From the NCBI GenBank assembly GCA_003173855.1, contig PPGI01000004.1:176-64175 (forward strand): a stretch of 64,000 nt of DNA, written 5' to 3'. The DNA is from Candidatus Zambryskiibacteriota bacterium (lineage in GTDB: Bacteria; Patescibacteriota; Minisyncoccia; Phycocordibacterales; DATDWN01). Positions 19,505-27,132 of the stretch are shown piece after piece (within the stretch, counting starts at the first letter, position 1; the number at the start of each line of letters is the position of its first letter). The notes under the pieces are model-generated. The model had not been told where the DNA came from, ran no database searches, and saw only the letters and a program-made list of their open reading frames with translations. Both the position numbers and the translations under genes were made by a program.

Positions 19505-20028
19505 TGAGTAATTTTCGGACGTACCTTGAAACAAAAAAATACAAGACTCGGTTTAGAACGGAGTTTATTACTATTACAAAAGACGTAGAAACTGCAATCA
19601 AAAAATCAAAAATTAAGCAGGGAAGTGTTTTAATTCAAACGCACCATACAACATGCGGTGTTTGGGTTAACGAAAACGAAAAAAATTTAATCGGCCCGAC
19701 AGAAGAGCTAGGCTACACTGCAGATTTGCGAAAGGTTCTAGATCGATTTGCTGATCCGATGCACGACTACGGTCACAATGATGTTCGAGATTCAAAAAAT
19801 AAAGGAGGTAAACGAAATACGCATTTGTGTGAACCAGATGAGAACGGAATTATACAGGAATGCATAAACGGCCATGCCCATGCACAAGGCATGATTTTGC
19901 AATCGTCACTTTCGATGATTGTAGATAAAGGTAATCTTCACAAAGGTCGCTGGCAAGAAATTATGCTTGTCGAGCTTGATCATGATAGGGAACGACAGGT
20001 TTCGTTTTTAATACAAGGAATTCAATGA
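19501..20028 (+). CDS. YjbQ/UPF0047 family protein (secondary thiamine-phosphate synthase-like)
   Basis: HTTCGVWVNENE and HAHAQGMILQSSLSM...GRWQEIMLVELD match UPF0047 conserved blocks. Confidence 0.65.
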   Translation: MMSNFRTYLETKKYKTRFRTEFITITKDVETAIKKSKIKQGSVLIQTHHTTCGVWVNENEKNLIGPTEELGYTADLRKVLDRFADPMHDYGHNDVRDSKNKGGKRNTHLCEPDENGIIQECINGHAHAQGMILQSSLSMIVDKGNLHKGRWQEIMLVELDHDRERQVSFLIQGIQ

Positions 20029-20393
20029 TCATGACTGAATCAAATTTGCCAGTCCTATTATTTTTAGGAATTATTTGGGCCAATATTATTTCGGAAGCAA
20101 TAAAGAATATTCGAGTTTTTATTTTATTAAGATATGTAAAATCCAAATATCCTGATTGGGATAGGATAAAAATGGAGCAACCAGGTTTTGGTAATAGATG
20201 GGCACGATATTATAGATGGTTTGAAAAAGTTGCGTTTTTAAAAGGTGATAAGAAATTAAGTATTAGAGTAAAGAAAATTGAAAAAATTAATAGCGTAGTT
20301 TTTTATTTTAGTTTATTTCTTTTAGTATGTGTTATTCTTCTACAATACAAAATACATGGAAACTTTAATCCTATCAGCGGATACCTACCATAA
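20025..20393 (+). CDS. Hypothetical small membrane protein
   Basis: Two TM helices. Overlaps neighbours by a few nt. Confidence 0.3.
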   Translation: MIMTESNLPVLLFLGIIWANIISEAIKNIRVFILLRYVKSKYPDWDRIKMEQPGFGNRWARYYRWFEKVAFLKGDKKLSIRVKKIEKINSVVFYFSLFLLVCVILLQYKIHGNFNPISGYLP

Positions 20394-21228
20394 TTCAGGG
20401 TACGAATTACTCGATAGTGGCAACGAAGAAAAGCTAGAACGGTATGGCAATATAATAATGTCTCGTCCTGATCCACAGGCAATCTGGAAAAAATCTCTCT
20501 TGGAAGACGAATGGAAAAATGCTGACGCAAAATATATTCGCGAGGGTTCGACTGGCAAATGGGAATTGAAAGAAGGAATTCCGGAAACTTGGCAAATAAA
20601 GTTTGCTGACTTTGTTTTTAATTTAAAATTTCTTCCTTCAAAACACCTCGGACTTTTCCCGGAGCAATCAGCACATTGGAAATGGTTAGAGGAAAAAATA
20701 AAATCATCTGGCCGAGAAATATCAGTTTTAAATCTATTTGCTTACACAGGCGGTGTGACAATGGCTTGCGCACATGCCGGAGCTAGCGTGGTGCATTTAG
20801 ATGCTTCAAAATTTGTTGTCGATGCTGCTCATAAAAATTTGGATGATTCGGGACTTGGCGACAAACCCGTGAGATTTATCGTTGATGATGTTCGTAAATT
20901 TGTTGAACGAGAAATAAAAAGAGGAAATAAATACGATGTCATTTTGCTTGATCCACCAGTTTATGGCAAAGGTGCAAACGATGAGGTTTGGAAAATCGAA
21001 GAAGATCTTTTGCCGTTTCTAATTAGATTGAAAGAACTTTGGTCAGAAAATCCTCTTGCCATGATTCTAAATGGCTATTCTTCAATTTATTCGCATATGA
21101 CTTATAAGCAAATGCTGGGTGAATCTGTTGACAATTTAGGTGGGGAAATTCAATCAGGAGAACTTCTAATACGAGAAAATTCCGGCAGGCTTCTTCCCTC
21201 AGGTATTTTTGCTCGTTGGTCAAAATAA
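20356..21228 (+). CDS. Class I SAM-dependent methyltransferase (RlmI/YccW-like)
   Basis: LNLFAYTGGVTMACAHAGASVVHLDAS motif I and ILLDPPVYGKG motif IV. Start set at the internal Met (METL). Confidence 0.6.
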   Translation: METLILSADTYHNSGYELLDSGNEEKLERYGNIIMSRPDPQAIWKKSLLEDEWKNADAKYIREGSTGKWELKEGIPETWQIKFADFVFNLKFLPSKHLGLFPEQSAHWKWLEEKIKSSGREISVLNLFAYTGGVTMACAHAGASVVHLDASKFVVDAAHKNLDDSGLGDKPVRFIVDDVRKFVEREIKRGNKYDVILLDPPVYGKGANDEVWKIEEDLLPFLIRLKELWSENPLAMILNGYSSIYSHMTYKQMLGESVDNLGGEIQSGELLIRENSGRLLPSGIFARWSK

Positions 21229-21757
21229 CATGCATTCAATCGATCTTTTTATTCAACAATATTTTGCAAGTGTTCGAACTGCTGGGTTAACAGAGGTGAT
21301 GTATCTTGTTTCTACACTTTTCAATTTTTCTATTTATTTTGTTTTGCTGTCAGTTTGCATCGCTTTACTTATTTGCTGCATTAGAAATATTCGATATATG
21401 TTGTTGTTTGTCGCATCACTTATCGCTGGCGGAATAATTGTCTATATTTTAAAAATAATTCTTAATGTTCCACGTCCAGAAGATGCGGTATATGTTGCTT
21501 TTGGTCAAAGCTTGCCGAGCTATCATGCCGCGCTCGTGACAATCTTTTTTGTGATGCTCATGTATATTTTTGATGATTATTTCCCATCATTACCTCGGAT
21601 TATCTTTAATAGCATCTGCACCTCCATTATTCTTGTGGTTTCATTTTCTCGCGTATATCTTGGTGTTCACTGGTTTAGCGATGTGATCATTGGAATTCTT
21701 CTTGGATCGGTGATTTCGTACTGCGCCATAGTCGTTTTTCGGCATGTCATAGAGTAG
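21209..21757 (+). CDS. PAP2-family phosphatase (BcrC/PgpB-like)
   Basis: PAP2 motifs KxxxxxxRP (NVPRPED), PSYH (PSYHAA), SRxxxxxHxxxD (SRVYLGVHWFSD). Confidence 0.7.
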   Translation: MLVGQNNMHSIDLFIQQYFASVRTAGLTEVMYLVSTLFNFSIYFVLLSVCIALLICCIRNIRYMLLFVASLIAGGIIVYILKIILNVPRPEDAVYVAFGQSLPSYHAALVTIFFVMLMYIFDDYFPSLPRIIFNSICTSIILVVSFSRVYLGVHWFSDVIIGILLGSVISYCAIVVFRHVIE

Positions 21758-21813
21758 ATACTCCATACGTCTATGATAAAATAAGAGTAGCTTTTATTAA
21801 TTAATTTTTTTCT

Positions 21814-22674
21814 ATGTTTAATCAATTAAATGATGTCCAGCGAGGAAGATTATTCAACGCTGTTCTAACAGTTGTAATTTTGCTTGGTGTTTATTTAGCA
21901 GCAGCTTCGGTCAATGCATTTAAGTCGAACGAATATATTGGTCGGGGAGAATATCCAGCAAATTCTATTACAGTTTCTGGTACCGGTGACGCTTATGCCG
22001 TACCGGACACAAGCACTATTTCTTTTTCTGTAACCGAAGAAGCAAAAACTGCAAGTGCAGCTCAAGATGCGTTAAATAAAAAAGCTAATGCGATTATTGC
22101 CGCTGTCAAAGATTTGGGAATTGATTCAAAAGATATTCAAACAAATTATTATAATTCTTATCCAAAGTACGAATACTCATCTGCTGTTTGTCCCGAGCCA
22201 CAACCAATGATTTACAGCGGATCATCTGTATCTGGCCAAGCAATAAAAGGTACAGCACCATACTATTGTCCACCAGGAAAACAAACACTTACTGGTTATG
22301 AAGCAACGGAGACAGTGACTATTAAAGTTAGAAAAACTCAAGACGCCGGAGCAGTGTTATCAAAAGTAGGCGAATTGGGTGCAACAAATGTTAGTGGTCC
22401 AAATTTTTCAATCGATGACATGGATTCTATCCAAGCCGAGGCTCGTGACAAAGCAATTGCCAACGCCAAAGAAAAAGCAAACGTTTTAGCAAAATCTCTT
22501 GGAGTAAAACTTGGCAAGGTTGTTAATTTCCAAGAACCTGGACAGCCAATTTACTACGCTATGGATAAGGCAATGGGGGCAGGGGTTTCCTCACCAGCTC
22601 CGACTATGCCGGATTTCGAGACGGGACAGAATAAAGTAACCTCTAACGTCACAATTACCTATGAAGTAGACTAG
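21814..22674 (+). CDS. SIMPL-domain (DUF541) periplasmic protein
   Basis: N-terminal TM, ITVSGTGDAYAVPDTSTISFSV..., architecture typical of SIMPL/26 kDa periplasmic immunogenic protein. Confidence 0.6.
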   Translation: MFNQLNDVQRGRLFNAVLTVVILLGVYLAAASVNAFKSNEYIGRGEYPANSITVSGTGDAYAVPDTSTISFSVTEEAKTASAAQDALNKKANAIIAAVKDLGIDSKDIQTNYYNSYPKYEYSSAVCPEPQPMIYSGSSVSGQAIKGTAPYYCPPGKQTLTGYEATETVTIKVRKTQDAGAVLSKVGELGATNVSGPNFSIDDMDSIQAEARDKAIANAKEKANVLAKSLGVKLGKVVNFQEPGQPIYYAMDKAMGAGVSSPAPTMPDFETGQNKVTSNVTITYEVD

Positions 22675-22822
22675 CTCAGGTCTTTTTGTCCGATTTCTGC
22701 GTTACTCGCTCCGGTTCTCCCTCACCTTACTCTTGTAAGGCTCAGTTCGCTCCTCACTCGCGCCTTGAACTCGAACAAAAATCCTCTGAGCATCTCACCT
22801 CGGATTTCATTCAAATTTGAAA
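22672..22822 (+). repeat. Intergenic repeat element copy A (A/B/C-type 5' module plus shared 3' module)
   Basis: Starts at the TAG stop. TAGCTCAGGTCTTTTTGTCCGATTTCTGCG..., hairpin CACCTTAC-TCTT-GTAAGGCTC, CGCCTTGAACTCGAA, ends CCTCGGATTTCATTCAAATTTGA. Confidence 0.8.
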
Positions 22823-22869
22823 GTTTGGAATACTTGACAATATAACAAGTACATGCTATCTTTAAACGA

Positions 22870-23090
22870 GGTGATTTAGCAAAAATCCTGTCGGAATACT
22901 CTTACGGGGTACAGAGTTAATTACAGAATCCGACTGCTAAGTTAGCGACCAGACTCCCCACAGGGAACTCAACTATCTGCTATTGAAGAGATGGCGGGGG
23001 AAACTGTTAAGAAAGTCTGGTGCGATACCACCCGTGGCCCACTCTGATTAGCCAATAAGGCGAAAGGTTTATAAGAGGGCCACTTTTTTA
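22870..23090 (+). ncRNA. Candidate structured ncRNA of unknown class, with its own promoter and terminator
   Basis: TTGACA (22834-22839), 17 nt spacer, TATCTT. About 215 nt with several hairpins, ending GTGGCCC...GGGCCAC plus a T-run at 23077-23089. No ORF. Confidence 0.3.
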
Positions 23091-23161
23091 TTTGACTAAA
23101 TTTTTAAAAGGAGTAGTATTCATTTTGACCCCGAGAGGGGATTTTTAATAACACAAAATCT

Positions 23162-23341
23162 ATGTCATTAATGTCATATTTACGAGACACACAAGCAGAA
23201 CTAAAACATGTGGCTTGGCCATCTAGAAATCAAGCAATAGCTTTTACTATTGTCGTGGTCGCGATTTCCATTCTTGTTTCATTTTTCTTGGGATTTTTTG
23301 ATTATCTTTTCCATTTAATTTTGCAAAAATTCGTAATATAA
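23162..23341 (+). CDS. secE: Preprotein translocase subunit SecE (59 aa, missed by the ORF track)
   Basis: MSLMSYLRDTQAELKHVAWPSRNQAIAFTIVVVAISILVSFFLGFFDYLF... single TM. Sits immediately upstream of nusG, the conserved secE-nusG order. Confidence 0.65.
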   Translation: MSLMSYLRDTQAELKHVAWPSRNQAIAFTIVVVAISILVSFFLGFFDYLFHLILQKFVI

Positions 23342-23345
23342 AAGC

Positions 23346-23891
23346 ATGTCAAAATCGCAATTAAACACAGGTCGCAATTGGTACGTCATCCACACTTATG
23401 CTGGATATGAAAACGCAGTGATGCGAAATCTAAAACAGCGTATCGAGTCTCTTGGCATGGAAGACAAGATTTTTAACGTCATTGTTCCAACAGAAAAGAA
23501 AATTAAAATCAAAGGAGGAAAACGTGTAGAAGAAGAGGAAAAAATTTATCCAGGATACATTTTAGTGGATATGATTGTGACTGAAGATTCATGGTTTGTT
23601 GTCAGAAATACTCCTCGAGTGACTGGTTTTGTTGGTTCTGGAGTCTATCCTGTACCTATTGATCCAAAGGAAATCGAAGTTCTATTTAGTCGAATGAATG
23701 CCGGAGACGTTAAACATAAGATTGATTTACAGTTAAATGATGCTGTTAAAATTGTCGATGGTCCATTCAAGGATTTGGAAGGCAAAGTTAACGAAGTTGA
23801 TGAGGAGAGAGGCAAAGTTAAAGTCCTTGTCGCTATGTTCGGTAGGGAGACACCAGTCGAACTAGATTTTCTTCAAGTTAAGAAAATCTAG
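23346..23891 (+). CDS. nusG: Transcription termination/antitermination factor NusG
   Basis: NWYVIHTYAGYEN NGN domain. C-terminal KOW (KIVDGPFKDLEGKV). Confidence 0.9.
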   Translation: MSKSQLNTGRNWYVIHTYAGYENAVMRNLKQRIESLGMEDKIFNVIVPTEKKIKIKGGKRVEEEEKIYPGYILVDMIVTEDSWFVVRNTPRVTGFVGSGVYPVPIDPKEIEVLFSRMNAGDVKHKIDLQLNDAVKIVDGPFKDLEGKVNEVDEERGKVKVLVAMFGRETPVELDFLQVKKI

Positions 23892-24010
23892 TTCTAAACT
23901 TTCAAATTTGGCGAACTCCTCGCTCCCAAATTAAAAATGCTCGTCACCTTAGCATTAACTAAGGCTTCTCGCATTTTTAATTTCTCACGTCGGATTTCAT
24001 CCAAATTTGG
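23892..24010 (+). repeat. Intergenic repeat element copy E (E/F subfamily)
   Basis: TTCAAATTTGGCGAACTCCTCGCTCCC...CACCTTAGCATTAACTAAGGCTT...CGGATTTCATCCAAATTTGG. Starts 1 nt after the nusG TAG. Confidence 0.8.
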
Positions 24011-24072
24011 AAGTTTCTAATCAGTGTTTGACTTAAAAGTTTTTAGTAATAGGATGAAATTGGAGGTGGATT

Positions 24073-24546
24073 TTGGCTAAAAAGCTTTCAAATCAAGACG
24101 TAGCACTTCGCAAGGCTGTGGAAAAGCGAGAGAAGTTTCTTAAGGTAGTGATTTCGGCTGTCAAAAAGATTCTTTGTGCGCATGGATTACAGACGAAACA
24201 TGAAGTTTGTAGCTCACACACGCATGTAGTCTGGGAACTTTTTGATTTCGCCGGATTCAATTTTTATGGTGATTTCGGACAGACCATGTTTGGTGGAGAC
24301 GAAATCAAGATAACTTACAAAAAGAAGCAGGTCTTCTGTGTATACTGGCAACATGACTTAAAGGTCAAATACTTTGAAAAGAATGACTGGGACAAGCATC
24401 TTTTGAGAGCCCTTGGTCGCAAGAAACAAATCTTGGAGGCAATGAAAAGAAAGGAGAAAAGACGAAGGGAAAAAGACTCTAGACTTTTCAGGAAAGAAGT
24501 TGATCGTCAAAGGCTTGAGGCAAAGGCCAAAGAACTAGCTCTGTAA
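24073..24546 (+). CDS. Hypothetical basic protein inserted between nusG and rplK
   Basis: 157 aa, Cys/His cluster (CAHGLQTKHEVCSSHTH), Lys/Arg-rich C-terminus. GC visibly higher than the flanks. Followed by terminator 24557..24592. Confidence 0.45.
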   Translation: MAKKLSNQDVALRKAVEKREKFLKVVISAVKKILCAHGLQTKHEVCSSHTHVVWELFDFAGFNFYGDFGQTMFGGDEIKITYKKKQVFCVYWQHDLKVKYFEKNDWDKHLLRALGRKKQILEAMKRKEKRRREKDSRLFRKEVDRQRLEAKAKELAL

Positions 24547-24556
24547 GTGACATACA

Positions 24557-24592
24557 AGGATTGCGGACTTCTCGCAATCCTTTGTCTTTTAT
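24557..24592 (+). terminator. Rho-independent terminator
   Basis: AAGGATTGCG-GACTTCT-CGCAATCCTT then TGTCTTTTATTT. Confidence 0.6.
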
Positions 24593-24635
24593 TTGCAATT
24601 TGAATAATTTTATAGTAGTCTTTCAACACAAAAAC

Positions 24636-25058
24636 ATGGCAAAGAAGATAACAAAAAAGCTAAAAATGTTAATCCCTGGAGGCAAAGCCGTTCCAGGTCA
24701 GCAACTTGGTCCTACACTAGGAGGAGCCGGTATTAACATTGGTGATTTCGTAAAGCGTTTTAATGACGAGACAAAAGATCGAGTTGGAGAAATGGTGCCG
24801 ACTATTGTTGAAGTTTATGATGATCGATCTTACAAAATGACTTACAAACTTGAGCCAGTTACTCAACTTATTTTAAAAACTCTAAAAAAAGAAAAAGGTT
24901 CAGGAAAAAATACAGTTTCAAAAGTCGGAACTCTAACAAAAGATCAAGTTCGAGCTATTGCGGAAAAGAAAATGCCAGATTTGAATGCAAACGATATCGA
25001 CGCTGCGATGAAAATCGTCGCCGGTTCTGCACGAAGCATGGGGGTGGATGTGAAGTAA
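24636..25058 (+). CDS. rplK: 50S ribosomal protein L11
   Basis: MAKKITKKLKMLIPGGKAVPGQQLGPTLGGAGINIGDFVKRFN matches L11. The ORF track starts upstream at a non-ATG codon. Confidence 0.9.
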   Translation: MAKKITKKLKMLIPGGKAVPGQQLGPTLGGAGINIGDFVKRFNDETKDRVGEMVPTIVEVYDDRSYKMTYKLEPVTQLILKTLKKEKGSGKNTVSKVGTLTKDQVRAIAEKKMPDLNANDIDAAMKIVAGSARSMGVDVK

Positions 25059-25084
25059 AAAATCACGAAGGTGATTTTTTATTT
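25058..25084 (+). terminator. Terminator after rplK
   Basis: AAAAATCAC-GAAG-GTGATTTTTT. Confidence 0.55.
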
Positions 25085-25135
25085 TGACTAAATTTAAATA
25101 GGTAAGTAATATCTTCAAAAGAAGGAGATAGTTCG

Positions 25136-25696
25136 ATGAATATTGGACTGGATTTTGACGGTGTCATCGTGAATACAGACGCACTGAAGCCCGTGATTGC
25201 CGAAAAAATGTTTGGGGTAAAAATCGAACCCCAAAACTATAACAAGAAATACGTTTTTTCGAAAAACCTACTCACGCCAGAACAATATCTGGCTGTTGCA
25301 GTAGAAGTTCATACAGGCAATCATCCTTTTGAAGAAGTTCCTGGAGCTCTTGAACATATTAAGATGCTTCAGGAGTTTGGTTGCAATATCTCTGTCGTTA
25401 CGAGCCGATCGTTCAGACAAGGTAATCTAGGGATTGCTCAAAATTGGATTTGGAGTAATGGCCTCGATTTGCCAATCATCGGAATTCCATACGGTTCATC
25501 AAAGGTTGAAGCGTGTCGAGAACTCGACATGTTTATCGATGATGATCTGGACGTCGTTGTTTCTTTGATTGGGATTGTTCCCCATCCATTTCTTTTCTCG
25601 TGGCCTCATAAAGTTTGGGATAACATACCCCGAGAAATTACTCAAGTGAGATCGTGGAACGAATTCTACATGTACGTGTACACGTACAGTAAGTGA
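25136..25696 (+). CDS. HAD-superfamily nucleotidase, NT5C-like (5'(3')-deoxyribonucleotidase family), putative
   Basis: N-terminal LDFDGVIV (DxDGV HAD motif I) and later DD motif. Size and pattern resemble NT5C deoxynucleotidases. First gene of the higher-GC island. Confidence 0.5.
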   Translation: MNIGLDFDGVIVNTDALKPVIAEKMFGVKIEPQNYNKKYVFSKNLLTPEQYLAVAVEVHTGNHPFEEVPGALEHIKMLQEFGCNISVVTSRSFRQGNLGIAQNWIWSNGLDLPIIGIPYGSSKVEACRELDMFIDDDLDVVVSLIGIVPHPFLFSWPHKVWDNIPREITQVRSWNEFYMYVYTYSK

Positions 25697-25706
25697 GGGA
25701 GTTCTG

Positions 25707-26342
25707 ATGCGTATCCTTAGACACGAAATGATCAACGAAAAGGAACTTCTTAGTCGATTGAAGCAGGTGCGGCTCAAGGGCTTTGGAGAACCTCTGATAT
25801 ATGAGAGTGCAAATCTCTCAATCGTTCCTGGGGTTATGACAGGAGCTTTGTATCCTCCACAGCGGTACGTCCTCAAGGGAACGGTCGAGACCATTCTCGA
25901 AATCGCGGACGCCTTTGAAAAAAGAAGTATCGACATCTTTGCTCTTCGAGGAGCAGTCTTTTTCTGGCTAGAAGGTTCTGATCCGCTTCTCGATCCTCCG
26001 ATTCCACTTCTGCCACCAATCGTTGAAATCTCTCACGAACCGGGTAATCGTATGGTACCTCTCATAAACGATGGGATGCACAGAACTTATAGTGCACGAA
26101 AACGTGGAAGGGAAATTAACATTGTTCTGGTTGCCAATGTTCCAAGAGAGTATCCGTATTACGCCTATGCACTTAAAGACGGATGGAAAGAGGTGCAGGA
26201 AATTGAGGAACTTACGGATGGTTTCAAGAAAAAGGAGTACAGAAACCCAGACAATTACAAAGCGCTCTTTCGAAATTTCAATGCGGTGTTCCAAGGAGTC
26301 CAGGAACAACGCAAACAAACTCAGCCGGAACTTAAAGAATAA
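25707..26342 (+). CDS. Hypothetical protein with ParB/sulfiredoxin-like (DGxHR) domain
   Basis: PPIVEISHEPGNRMVPLINDGMHRTYSARKRGREINIVLVANVP resembles the ParB-like motif PIvV...Y.iiDGhHR..A....G...i.vvV. Confidence 0.35.
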   Translation: MRILRHEMINEKELLSRLKQVRLKGFGEPLIYESANLSIVPGVMTGALYPPQRYVLKGTVETILEIADAFEKRSIDIFALRGAVFFWLEGSDPLLDPPIPLLPPIVEISHEPGNRMVPLINDGMHRTYSARKRGREINIVLVANVPREYPYYAYALKDGWKEVQEIEELTDGFKKKEYRNPDNYKALFRNFNAVFQGVQEQRKQTQPELKE

Positions 26343-26417
26343 TTTCTGGCACAGCGAGGCATTCGTGCCTCGCTTTTCTTTTTTGTTAGAGTATGTAAAA
26401 GTATTGCGAGAAAGGAG

Positions 26418-27032
26418 ATGTATATGCGTCCTACATGGGATGAGTCGTTCATGCTCAAGGCAATGGTTTCTGCAATAAGAAGTTCGTGTCTCGTTAGACC
26501 CGTTGGCGCAGTTCTTGTTCGAGACAAACGAGAAGTAGCATCTGGCTACAACGGAGCTCCGCCGAATGTAGAGACTTGTCTTGAAACAAGTGTTTGTTTT
26601 TATCAGGATCTAGCCTACAAAGATAGTCTGCTAGGTCATGGTACTTACGAAGATTTGAAAGACAAGAGAAAGCAGTTTTGTGTGGCAGCTCATGCAGAAA
26701 TAAACACTTTTGCACAGTGTTCGCTACTCGGAATTTCTGCTGCAGGTTGCTCACTTTACATCACAAACTTTCCTTGTCCGGGATGTGTTCGAGATGTAAT
26801 TATCCCGAACAAGATTTCTGAGATTGTGGTCTGGAAAGATTACCTCAGGAATCCAGCAATCACTCTTGACGAGCTAACGATGAGTGAACTCTGGCTTCAG
26901 AGAGCTGGCATCAAAGTTCGGAGACTCAAGTTCTCTGAAACAAGAATCAGAGAACTCTTCGTTCAGCTTTTGATGGCTGGTGAGCGTACCGACTACAAGT
27001 TCATTCCACTCACAGAGACCGTACAGAAGTAA
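26418..27032 (+). CDS. dCMP deaminase (ComEB/cytidine-deoxycytidylate deaminase family)
   Basis: CVAAHAEINTFAQC (H-A-E zinc/catalytic motif) and NFPCPGCVRDVI (PCxxC), with close alignment to ComEB. Confidence 0.8.
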   Translation: MYMRPTWDESFMLKAMVSAIRSSCLVRPVGAVLVRDKREVASGYNGAPPNVETCLETSVCFYQDLAYKDSLLGHGTYEDLKDKRKQFCVAAHAEINTFAQCSLLGISAAGCSLYITNFPCPGCVRDVIIPNKISEIVVWKDYLRNPAITLDELTMSELWLQRAGIKVRRLKFSETRIRELFVQLLMAGERTDYKFIPLTETVQK

Positions 27033-27132
27033 TTCTGTACGGTCTTTCTTTATACTTTATTATTATTTGTAAAAGTGATATAAAAATTTAAGAATTGCAC
27101 ATTTTCTTGCGGGTAACCGCTGAAAGGACAAA

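Noticed and set aside
22900-23030. RNase P RNA
   Set aside because: P4-like strands ACAGAATCCGAC and AAGAAAGTCTGG are present, but in the reverse order relative to canonical RNase P RNA. The unit is also only about 215 nt. It is kept as an unclassified ncRNA instead.
25499-25936. 145-aa minus-strand ORF inside the island
   Set aside because: It is antisense to two well-supported plus-strand genes. The long open frame is a side effect of higher GC.
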